Below, one piece after another: positions 38,733-50,495 of a stretch of DNA of 64,000 nt. This stretch comes from Azolla caroliniana. Its lineage: Eukaryota; Plantae; Polypodiophyta. A program made the position numbers and the translations under genes. The notes below the pieces were generated by a model. That model was given only the letters and a program-made list of their open reading frames with translations. It ran no database searches and had not been told where the DNA came from. How positions within the stretch are numbered: position 1 is the first letter of the stretch; each line of letters begins with the position of its first letter. The DNA lies in NCBI GenBank assembly GCA_043228905.1, contig JBHGNT010000002.1, positions 15,624,001 through 15,688,000 of the forward strand, written 5' to 3'.

Positions 38733-39366
38733 TGTCATGATGACACTCACATCATCCATCAAAAGGATTTGAACCCACAACCTTGTTACACACATGTCAA
38801 ATCCTTAACCATTGTAGTAACATGTTTATGTGTACGGTTTCTAGAATATATAATCTAATATCATAAGAATATTCTATATTACTTTATATTCTAGAATGTC
38901 CTAGAATATTCTAGAGTAATCTATATTATTCTATAGGGACTTATAAATAGGGATCTATCAATCCTCCAAAAACCAAATTGGTTCAAACTGTCAAGACAAA
39001 GAGAACGAGAGAGAAAGAGAGAGAAAGAGAGGAAAAGAGATACAATGTTAAGATAGAAAGAGAGAATTGAAAAGAAGGTATTGTATTGCAATATAAGATG
39101 GAGTACAAAGAGTAGACAGTAGGGAGCTATAGAATGTCCTAGAATATTCTAGAGTAATCTTTATTACTCTATAGGGACTTATAAATAAGGATCTATCAAT
39201 CCTCCGAAAACCAAATTGGTTTAATGCCATCCTATAGCTCCCTACTGTCTACTCTTTGTACTCCATCTTATATTGCAATACAATACTTTTTTTTTTAATT
39301 CTCTCTTTCTATCTTAACATTGTTTCTCTTTTCCTCTCTTTCTCTCTCTTTCTCTTTGTCTTGACA
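38733..39366. mobile_element. Solo LTR with an internal duplication-inversion and a tRNA-like segment
   Basis: TGTCA...TGACA termini; TSD ATTTG/ATATG; removing it restores the LINE ORF1 frame; it starts TGTCATGATG like the LTRs of gypsy F. Confidence 0.75.
38989..39366. repeat. Long inverted repeat (arms 38989-39132 and 39232-39366) interleaved with a direct repeat (38892-38983 and 39130-39221)
   Basis: TGTCAAGACAAAGAGAA...GTAGGGAGCTATAG is the reverse complement of CTATAGCTCCCTAC...TTCTCTTTGTCTTGACA. Confidence 0.92.
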
Positions 39367-39501
39367 ATATGTAGAAAAATTGAAAAATAAGATTAAGGAT
39401 GTGCCGAAAGACAGAAATGTTGGCAAATAGGGACAAGTGACTTATGAGACTAACCCATGTCTTCTACAACTATGCCTTTGGAATTGTAATGGATACCAAT
39501 G

Positions 39502-42500
39502 TGTAAAGATTTACGTGCTAAATAGAACACAATCAGCTCAGCCAAACAACAACAAAAAATAGAGCTTAAGAAGACACAAAGAAACAATGAAGATACACAG
39601 ATTTCAGGAGAGATAGAGAGAGAGAGAGCAGAAGACTAAAAACTCAGATTCAAAATTATACGCTCTGTACATACAAGTGTGCTCACCGAGCACTTTTATA
39701 CAAGCCCTGACAATGGGTTGACACAAGTACTATTAGTACTTTAAATGCTCATGAATGAGCCTGACACTAACTCGGCCCACAATATTCCTATTTACTAGCA
39801 TAAGAATATAGACCCCTAATGCTATAACTACCTACTAAACTAGGATCATAGGCCTCGAATGGCGTACTGGCTCCTACGGATCCAGCTCTCGGCTTATTCA
39901 GCCAATGCGGTCAATGATGAGATTACTTCTCAATGCTCCCCCTCAAGCTTAACTTGAGATTCCTTCTGCTTTGCCGGTTCCTCGCCTCGGCTCCTCGATC
40001 CGTCCGATCTTGTGCTCTTCGACCTCCTCGGTCGGCTGGTCTACTTCTTCTCGTTCGCATGGCCTTTAAATGATTCGACACTCCTGAATCAAAATCCTTG
40101 ACCGAATCGTGTTGAGAGATCAAGCTCAACTTAGTTTAGTTATTTGGTCAACCATGTAACTTCGTAGTTACCTAGATAGAATCTAGTTAGAAGTGTTGAC
40201 TATAACACCTTAAATAGAACGTTGTACTTAAGTGGGATATTCTAGATCCTCCACTCCCAAGGTCATTTAATATAGGACTTACACCTTAGTACCTATATTC
40301 TACTCACACATGTGCACCTTTGCACATGTGTTGTATGTATACCTCATTCTGGGTATTTTTGTCTTTGATGATGATAATGCTAACTTAATATAGTTACTAA
40401 TCCCCCATCTTGTGTTGTTCATAAGTGTTAACTTCCTCTCTCTCTCTTCCTCTCACACACATACACACATAACAAATAATCTTCCACGCTTAACTTAATC
40501 ACATAATTAGGTACTAATTAACCCGTAGTTAATCACCTAATTCTTAACATGGTATCAAAGCATGTGGTTTAGCACATCCACTAAGCCCATCCGCCTCTTT
40601 GTAATTGTGTGTTTGAGACGCCTACAACAAAATCCGGCTATCTGCTACCATAGTGCCTCTACGTAGCACGAGTAAGTGATCGAGCGAAGGAAATCGAAAA
40701 AGGAAGACAATACATCAAAATGAACACACAAATGGGTAGCTCGCTCCCTAGTGAAAAGCTAGACCGGAGCAATTATTCATCTTGGGAGTACAAGATGACC
40801 CAATACCTTGTCGGCCAAGGGTATTAGAGCTACATCAACGTCGCACAAGAAAATCGACCCGACTCAAAGAACGCCAACTACGTAACATGGGAGCAAGCGG
40901 CGCGTAGAGTTATGTATTGCTTGGCAACATGTGTCCACGACCACATGCTTAGCCACATTCGAGACGTCAAGACGCCTAAAGAAGTGTGGGCGAACTTAAA
41001 GAAAATGTTCCCCGCCAACACAACCGCTCGAAAGCTTCAATTCTGACAAGAGTTGAACAATATTTGGCAAAAAGACATGTTCATGTCGGACTACATTGCC
41101 AAGATCAAGAGCATTTGCGACTTGCTTGGCTCCATCAAAATAAACGTCGACGAAGACGAAATGGGTCAAGTATGCTTGGATGGCCTCACATAACGATTCG
41201 ACTTGTTGAGGACGGCAATCTTGGCGAGGGAAAATCCTCCTTCGTTCTTTGAACTTCAATCAATGCTAATGGTTGAAGAGAACCACGTCCAAACCAAAAC
41301 CAAGACATCGGAAGGACAAATGTTCTTCTTGAATTCGGATGGTGGCCGAGGACGAGGTTGAGGCGGTAGAAGAGGTCTATTCGACCCATCACATGAAGGG
41401 AACTCAAACCTTGGACAACAAGATGGAATCCATGAAGGAACCTTCGGAAGAAGGGGGAGCTTCCATGCCAAACAAGGTCGGCAAATGACGCCTGGAACTT
41501 GCAACTATTGCAGAAAAACAAGCCACCGCGAGGAGGAGTGCCGAAAAAGTAGAAGCGAGTCGGCTTCGACAAGTCAACAACTCACGAATTATGCCGCCAA
41601 CTCCAAATACGACGACTACAACGGACTATTCGTAATGAGGCACAAAGTGAACTCTATGTCAGCCTCCGACTCCGCAAGCACCTCCAACTCAGAAGACGTG
41701 TGGTTCATCGATTCCGGCGCCTCACATCATATGAGGTCACACCAAGAGTGGTTTTGTGACTTACGAATGCCAGACTGACCTGGCTTCATAGAAACAGGAG
41801 ACGACACGACACATCCCATTCGGCACATTGGCAATGTCCCATTCGGGAAAGAAGGCGAGCAAACTTGCATTAAGAATGTCTTGCATGTGCGCACAATAAT
41901 GAAGAATTTGGTCTTCGTCGGCCAAATCGTGGAGCAAGGCATGCAAGTCTGCTTCAACAACATAGGATGCTTCATGGAGAAAGATGGCCAACTCATAGCT
42001 AAGGGACAGAGAGATGGTCGAATGTTCATCCTCGATTCAAACAAAGTGAAATCGGCAATGTATGCTAAAGGTCTCAAAACTGAGACAAGCATCGAGTTAT
42101 GGCACAAGAGAATCGGCCACATAAACCTCTAACGGCTCCAAGCTATGCAATCAAAGGGAGTCGTCATTGGATTTCCGACATTCGAGTCGACTGAGTATGC
42201 GAAGTGTGTCAACTCTGCAAACAACATCGACTCCCATTCCCCAAGGAGAGCCACACGAGCAAAGGCCTCCTCGACATCATACACTTGGATGTATGGGGAT
42301 CGACTGAAACGCCGATGATCGGCGGATGCCAATTCTACGTCACCTTCATGGACGACTACTCGCAGTACGCGTGGATCTTCCTGATGAAGAAGAAGAGTGA
42401 AGTGTTCTCCCACTTCCAAAAGCTCAAGGGCCAAGAAGAAAAAGAAACCAGTCGGCAAATTCGATGCCTACGATTGGATGGAGGCAAGGAGTACTTCTCT

Positions 42501-45386
42501 GATGAATTCACCACCTATCTCCAAAGTGAAGGCATTCGGAGAGAATTCTTGTGCCGAAACACACCCCAACAAAATGGAGTAGCCGAAACGAAGAGTCAAC
42601 AAATACTCGAGGTAGCATGCACCATGATGCATGAGAAGCATATGCTGATTTTCTATTGGGCCGAAGCGGCATCCACGGCCGTCTATCTCATGAATCGATG
42701 CACCACTAATGGAATGCATGAGCTAACTCCATATGAGCTCCTCGTCGGAAGGAAGCCGATCCTGTCGCACCTCAAGGTGTTCGCAAACATTGCGAATGTA
42801 CGCATCCCAAATGAACAATGACAGAAGACCGACACGAAGTCGGAGGAATGTATCCTCATAGGATACTTATCCGAGAAGAAGGCATACAAGTGCTACAACC
42901 CTTCTACCTGGGCGGTTCGGGTAAGTCGAGATGTAGTCTTCGACGAGTCCGCTTCCTGGTACGCACCAGAGACAACTTCGACTCCGACTCTGACTCTGCT
43001 CAACCCGGAATTCGCCGAACAAGAGGTAGGCGATGGAGATCACTTCGAACACATGTTCGAAGAATATCCGATTACGGCAAGGACTAGTGGGCCACAAGAG
43101 CCCCCACATGACCCAAGCACGTCGCGGCCAAGTACGAACTTGGACAAAGGCAAAGGTAAGATGCCAGAATACGAAGTTGATCACCCCGATGACAGTGATT
43201 TGGATGTGTCGGCTCCCTCACTAGACAATGAGTTCAGTGTACCCATCATGCAGACACCAGGAGCAAAGAAGGCGCTCACATCGGCTAGCGAAAAACTTCG
43301 ATGCTCATCTAGAGAGAAGAATCTCGTGACTCGGCTCGGCTACAAGGAGTACATGACCCATCATTATGCCTTCGCGATGAAGGTAGCGGCCGAACAAGAG
43401 CTCGAGATCTCTACAAAAGTGGCTCATAACCCACGATGGGTGAAAGCAGTCAAACCAAGCCTTTATCACAGGCTTGAGGGGGAGGAACCGAAACTGCCAC
43501 GACGCAGAAGCTGACACCAAAAGTCGCACTGAAGTCAACATCGAAAGCTGACGAAAGCCAAAACAGATGTCGAACGGCTCTCACTTGAGCTTGCGGGGGC
43601 GTGTTGAGAGATCAAGCTCAACTTAGTTTAGTTATTTAGTCAACCATGTAACTTCATAGTTACCTAGATAGAATCTAGTTAGAAGTGTTGACTATAATGC
43701 CTTAAATAGGACCATGTACTTAAGTGGGATATTCTAGATCCTCCACTCCCAAGAACATTTAATATAGGACTTATACCTTAGTACATATATTCTACTCACA
43801 CATGTGCACCTTTACGCATGAGATGTATATATACCTCATCATGGGTTATTTTGTCTTTGATGATGATAATGCTAATTTAATATAGTTACTCATCCCCCAT
43901 CTTGTGTTGTTCATAAGTGTTAACTTCCTCTCTCTTTCTTCCTCTCACACACATACACACACATATCACATAATCTTCCGGGCTTAACTTAATCACATAA
44001 TTAGGTACTAATTAACACGTAGCTAATCACCTAATTCTTAACAAATATGTTGTCCCCGATTCGTCTCTTGTCTTGCCTTTGACTGCATCCGCCCATGTCT
44101 TGGTCTTGGCCTTTTTCTTCCGGTCGGCTCTGTCCTTCTTGACTCTGCCGCCTTTGCCGCCTGCTCCGGCTCTCTACCAGATGTTTCGACTTCCTTTGTC
44201 GATTCATCTTCTTCTTTGGCTCTCCTCCTTTTGGCTCATTCTTGTTTCAGCTCATCATAACAACCATTGTTCTTGTTCTTCCTAGTTGCTCTCCCTCTCA
44301 AGTGCGGCACGTCGACATGCTGGATACTAAGCATCTCCGACACGGCCTTTGCTTGTTGGTTTTTGGCGTTTTCTTGACTCCTCCTGCTCGTGGAGGGTTC
44401 AGAACTGCTATTGGCATGTTGATTATGCCTCTAGTTCTGCTCTTGTCGGCTGCCACCATTGCATGTCGACCCACCACATTCTCCATGACCACGGGGCCTA
44501 TCCGCCTCCGTGTACAACATCTGACTATCAGGTTGCGTGCTTCTTGACACACCTGTGTGGTTTTCTTCGACCATAAGCATCGATTGCAGGTCGAAAAATG
44601 ATGGTGGTTTCTCCCTTGTGCAGATAGCTGTATGGATCGGCCCGTACCTCTCAGCTAGACCACCGTGGCAAATTTGTACCATTTCGTCCTCGTCCACCGT
44701 CACATTGATGGACCTCAAGGCATCACAACTTTCCTTGATCTTTGTGGTGTTGTCGGCCGACATCATATACCTCTTCGGATATGATTGAGCACTTGATGGA
44801 GATGCAACTTATGGGTTGTGGTACTCACGACGAAAATCTTCTTCAGATTTTCCCAGGACTCCTTCAACGTCTTTGCATCTCGAGTGTAGCCCAACATTTG
44901 GTCGTGTACACAGGATGAAAGGCAATACAAAACTCTACTTGATGCTTGCTCCTACGCTGGAAAGTCCTTGTGTGTCGACTCTGGTGCTACCTCATTTTCT
45001 CCATGCATGTAACTCCAGTAGCCATGCCTGAGTAGGTACTGCTGCATCTTGTACTCCCAAGACGCGTAGTTGCTTCTATACAACTTCTCAGTTGGAAGAG
45101 CACAATCCATTCCTTTGTCCATTTTTTTCTTCTTGTCTGTACTTGGGGTTTGTCCGTGTTGAAATGCTTGTCGGTAGCAGAGGATTCTTAACCCTCGCGT
45201 TCTAATACCATGTAAAGAACTACGTGCGGAAACTAAACAGAACACAACAATAGAAAATAGAGCTTAAGAAGATAGAGAGACAGAGCTTATCCGATCCGGG
45301 CCTAGCCGATTGGTCTTCATCTGGTCCGGCTCTCGGCTTATTCAGCCAATCCAACCAATGTTGAGCTTGCTTCTCAAGAGTCAACA
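39502..45386 (-). mobile_element. Ty1/copia D, internally deleted (gag only), interrupted by E
   Basis: 3' LTR 39502-~39935 with adjacent PPT; shortened 5' LTR 45211-45386; degenerate PBS TGGTATTAGAAC; TSD CAATG/CCATG. gag (~44345-45122) is joined directly to the end of RNase H. Confidence 0.85.
40110..44043 (+). mobile_element. Ty1/copia E (A-like), with gag-PR-INT but lacking RT and RNase H
   Basis: LTRs 40110-40549 and 43602-44043; PBS TGGTATCAAAGC at 40550; gag ATG at 40720 (MNTQMGSSLPSEKLDRSNY); WFIDSGASHHM; LDGGKEY. The sequence jumps from WVKAV (~43450) to TTGAGGGGGAG (43474). TSD is poor (AATCG/AATAT). Confidence 0.92.
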
Positions 45387-47949
45387 CCATGGAATGCGGG
45401 ATTTGGAATAGAGGAGTTCACCGATGACTTGGATATCACACTTCTTGTTGAAACATTGGAGCATGATACTCAAGGATTCAAGGATTAGGAAACTATAATG
45501 TACACTCTTTGACATGGGAGAAAAATGGAAGACAAAGAAGAGGACAAGGAGCAGTGGCATGTTTGATTAAGACAAAAATAGAGAAATATGTGTGGATCAT
45601 AAAAAATGATGAACATAAATGCTACATAGGCTTAAAATAGAAACACCTAATGATTTGCCCACTTTTGTAGTTAGATGTTACATTCTTCATCAAGCTTCTA
45701 ACTTTTATGCTTGTTCGGATAAAGATCAACCTTTTGCCAATCTTGAAAATGATATTGGTTATTTCAAATCCAAAGGGGAAGTTATTGTTTTTGGTGTCAC
45801 AAATGCTCGTACAAGAAGTTTCCAACTTGATGCACAAGAATCTTTCATGTCACATATCCCAAGGATGCAAGAGGATATACAAATGTATAGACGCTCTTCT
45901 GGCAATGAAAAAGATCCAGACCAATTTGGGAAGTTACTCCTACAAATGTGCAATAGTACGACAGATTGCTTATTGCAAATGATATTTCCTTATGGCCCAA
46001 CACTAATGGTTTTCCATGTAGAAAACACAACGGAAATAGTGTAATTGACTATGTGCTACTTTCCGAAGGTATTTTGGATTATATACAGGTGAAAGCAAGC
46101 TATGGTGTACCAACTTTTGGCCAAAATTCTAGTACTAATTTGATGAGGAGAAAAAACATAAAAATTTGAAAATAATCAATATTTGGGTCTAAAAAGTTGA
46201 TCATCACTTGTTATAAAATTAAAAGTCACATTCAATGAGTTTTGGATTTCAAATAAGAATAAAAATTGCACATCCTTCCATTGTTATGTCCATGTCCAAG
46301 CGTCCCTTGTGTAATCAATTTCATTTGAGCTTGTTAGTTCACAATCCTAGTTAAAGTTGTTCGAAGCACTTAACTGTATAAGATCTCGAGTTGTCAATCA
46401 ATCATTCAGTTAGTTAATCTCTCTCTCTCACACACACACAATCTCTCTCTCTCTCTCTCTCTCTCTCCCCCTTTCCTTCTCCCGCCTCACGAAACATCTC
46501 GAACTGTCAGTCAGTCAATCAATCTCTCTCTCTCCCTCTTTCCTTCCACCTTTTGCTCGATGACTCCCAATGTTCTTTGCTCATCTCTCTATTTCTTTCA
46601 TCTCTCTCTCTCTCTCTCTCTCTCTGTATCTCTCTCCTTCCACCTTCTGCTCGTTGTTTCCCCACGTTCTTTGCTCACTTTGCTCACTGTGACCCCTTGG
46701 CAATCTCCAAGCATTCTCTGCTTGTTCGTTTCCTCTTTGCAATGAACTTTTGCTTGTTGTTTCCCCACATTCTCTACTCACTCTTCTCGCCGTGACCCCT
46801 CTGCAACCTCCAGGCGTTCTCTGGTCCCCATGTCCTCTCTACATCGACCTCTGCTTGTGGTCTTCCCTCTGTCAACAACCTGTAGGTCTCCTCCTGCTTT
46901 AGGATTTGTTACATGTTCTACATTTGCTTGAAACTTGTACATGTTCACATATGGAAAGAGGGTTCTATGATGATATGTTCTTGTTGATGAAGTTAAATGT
47001 TCTTCTTCTTGTCTGTCCGTTGTTGACCTTTTTCCTCTTCTTCTTCTTCTTCATGTTTTTCTCCTTTGTTCTTTTGAGATTCTTGTACATGCATATGCTT
47101 GAATCTTGTACAAGTTCACATATGGAAAGGGGTATTACGCAGTGGGACAAGTGTGATGAATGTGAAATGAATCAAAGGGAGCTGAGCATTAGCAACAAAA
47201 CAAGCGACGCCCAATATTAAGGAAGGAAAACTCCAAGTATAAAGGGGACTATATATATCGGGTATCATGGAACACAGAAAGGGGGGGGAGAAAGAGAGGA
47301 CTAGGATAGGAATAGATGAATAAAGAGTGAGTGAGTGTTTTATCTGAGAGTACTCGGTGCTTGTATCTGTATGGTACACTTTATTCGAATATATACATTT
47401 TGTGGGTAACTTCAGTGTTTTGTCTCATCTATGTTCCAATATTCATATATATATATATATATATATATAAGTTCGGTATGTGTAAAAGAAGCATATAAGG
47501 ATCAGTTGTAGCCGATCCCGCAACAATACCTCTTGATCTCCATAGTCGTAATCCCATCCAAGTGTGACAGTCTGAAGAGCAATCATAGGTACTAGGAAGT
47601 CCTATACCCCATAACGACTCGGCTAACGGTCTCGATAGGGCACTGTGACCTCACTCTCCTTCGCACCACAATACCTGGAACTGATTACTCAGGATGGGGT
47701 TATCGAAGGTGTTTTCTCCTAGAGGGATCAACACAATTTGGCACGCTCGGTGGAAAGCCTCCCCACCGGTCCCCATTGACCTTTCCTCAAACAACCCGAT
47801 TTGGCAGGCATTAACCAGTTCTCAAATATCAATGCCTCAACAAACTCCTGCACCTCCTTCCCCGCTTTCGAGAAACAATCATATCCATGAACCGCGATAA
47901 GGAATGCCCGAGTGTGCCGGTGCAGCTCACTGAGTCTAGTGAAGGGTCG

Positions 47950-50082
47950 ACGGTAATGGACGCCCACAACCCGGCAGCCAAGCTTTTAGTCAAGGGGCAA
48001 GAAGTGTGCGGTTGCATCATCGATGGCGGCTCTGGGGTTAATGTCATTATCGAAGCTAATTGCCAACACCTCGACATTACACAATGGGAGACCTGCCCAT
48101 TTTGGGTACGAATGGTGTGCGACCCCTCGGCCTCATTCGGCACCTTGATTTCGTTCTCGGTGGCCATACCTTTATGATCTTGGTGATGGTATTGCGCCTC
48201 GAAGTTCCTGACGCCTACCCAATGTTGCTTGGGCGACCTTGGTTACACATGACCAATATCAAGCAGAACTGGCAACATAACATGATCTCCTTCCGACTAG
48301 GGAAGACTAAGATCCGAGTAACCACTGATGAGTGCCTGACAATGACAAAAGACACCACCCCCCTTTATGCCGAAGTAATCCACATGCTGGATGGATTCGT
48401 CGATGAAGAAGTTGATCGTTACCTCGACGATCACCCCAAGATAACTCCTTTTTCGATATTGACGTCATTGAAGTTATCAGCTCATATGTATCAAGAACAA
48501 CTGTGGAGGATCAGGATACCTTCCGAGAACTTGACACGAAGTCTATGGAAGAATTCTACCATGCCTGCGAAGCCTAGGAATGTGAATTAGCGATTTCTCA
48601 ACGAGTCAAGGCTTCGACACTCGAAGAAATTGATCTCGTCACAATCGAGGACTTGTGGCCATTAAAAATCGCAAAGGAACTCGTGCCAACCGAGAGATCA
48701 ACATTGGTGACCCTATTAAAAGATTACAAAGACGTCTTTGCCTGTTCATATAACGATATGCAAGGCGTTGACCCAAGTTACTACCAACCAAATACACTTG
48801 AAACAGGACGCCAGACCAACGCAATGACGACGTTATCGAATGAATCCTAATTATGCGGCCAAGGTCAAAGAAGAAATGGACAAACTACTTTGAGTTGGCT
48901 TCATTCAACCTATGAAGCAAGCCACATGGCTTAGCCCGATTGTCATGGTACCAAAGAAAAAGCACAAGATCCGAGTCTACGCCAACTATCGGAGGTTGAA
49001 TACCGAGATCATGTGTTTCCCCTACCCTTCACGGATGGAGTCTAGGATGCATTCGTAGGTCATGAGACCTATAGTTTCCTGGATGGATTTAGTGGGTATA
49101 ACCAAATTCAGATGCACCCGAATGACCAAGAAAAAACCGCCTTTTTCACCAAATGGGGTGTTTTCGTAGCGATCGTGATGATGTTTGGGCTAAAAACGGT
49201 CCCAACAACCTTCCAACGGATGATCACAGAAATTTTCAGTGATTATATTCTGGCTTTCATGCATGTGTTTTTGGATGATTTTGTTGTTTACGGACCCCAA
49301 CGGGAGCATCTCGACCAATTATGCTTGTGCCTAGACATGTGTCCGAACGCTCAATTAAGCCTCAATCCAGCAAAATGTGCATTCAGCGTCTCCAATGGCA
49401 CCCTACTTGGGCATATCGTGAGGCGGGACGGGATTGCCATGGACCCCGACAAAGTAAATGCCATTCTCGCAGCCTCGGCCCCACAAACTGCGAAGGCCCT
49501 CAACCGGTTCTTAGGACAAATTCGATGACACAATTGCATGCTCCGCCATTTGGACAATCTCATGATCCCCTTGCATGCGGTTGTTCATCAAACACCTTTT
49601 CGATGAACTTCCATTGTAAATGAGGCATATACAGCTTTGAAAATCATATTGTCTCAAGCACCCATGGTCCAACCACCAGATTGGACACAACCCTTCCACG
49701 TTTTTGTCAATGGATCAAACATGGCAATTGGCAACACCCTTATGCAATTGACTCATCCTAATTGGTATCGGTTGGTATATTATGCCAACCGATGTCTCTC
49801 AGCCACCGAAAAGAACTATTCAACTACGGAGAGAGAAGCGCTTGGGATAATGCATAGTATAACCAAGTTTCGGCATTACCTACTCGGCCGAAAATTCACT
49901 TTTCATGTCGACCACTCGGCTCTCATATACTTGGTCACAAAACAATCCCTTACGGGCCGACTGGCTCGATGTATGCTTCTACCACAAGAGTTTGAGTTCA
50001 ACATCCATCATCGACCGAGAGTACAACACCGCGTGGCCGACTATCTTATTCGCCTCGATTCGGGAGAACCAGCGGATGGCAT
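47950..50082 (+). pseudogene. Ty3/gypsy pol fragment (PR, RT, RNase H), truncated by gypsy F
   Basis: CIIDGGSGVNVI, MLLGRPWL, FLDGFSGYNQI, MMFGLK, FLDDFVVYG, NYSTTEREALG, FHVDHSAL and HRVADYL; many lesions; no integrase visible. Confidence 0.9.
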
Positions 50083-50495
50083 TGTCATGATGTTGCGTGT
50101 CAAGTGGGAGAAAAAGTGTGGTTCCGCACACATTAAACAAACACTTGTAAATAAATAAAAAATAAACCTAGGGCCTAATGGGATTGAGTGCGTATAGAGA
50201 GGGGTGGAAGCAAGATTTGAACCTTACGGGCCGACTGGCTCGATGTATGCTTCTACCACAAGAGTTTGAGTTCAACATCCATCATCGACTGAGAGTACAA
50301 CACCGCGTGGCCGACTATCTTATTCGCCTCGATTCGGGAGAACCAGCGGATGGCATTGTCATGATGTTGCGTGTCAAGTGGGAGAAAAAGTGTGGTTCCG
50401 CACACATTAAACAAACACTTGTAAATAAATAAAAAATAAACCTAGGGCCTAATGGGATTGAGTGCGTATAGAGAGGGGTGGAAGCAAGATTTGAA
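49948..50495 (+). repeat. 274-bp tandem duplication spanning the junction between gypsy RNase H and the F LTR
   Basis: Units 49948-50221 and 50222-50495; one substitution seen (CGACCGAGA/CGACTGAGA); CCTT microhomology at the borders. Confidence 0.93.

Larger units (their letters stand above)
26985..46085 (+). mobile_element. Old LINE (ORF1 plus APE endonuclease) hosting the hAT, the solo LTR and copia D/E
   Basis: Pieces 26985-27772, 38690-38732, 39367-39501 and 45387-46085 rejoin. ORF1 has a coiled coil, NIVIGGIREE, GAHQVG and KGTQFFVSED/ISQQNACRKA/YVEKLK. The endonuclease reads LCLWNCNGY/PWN..DITLLVET, RGQGAVACL, VIVFGVTNART and SVIDYVL. No RT domain is visible. Confidence 0.75.

Noticed and set aside
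38760-38825. Functional tRNA gene (also 50480-50545)
   Set aside because: No convincing acceptor or anticodon stems by eye; reported only as tRNA-like promoter boxes.
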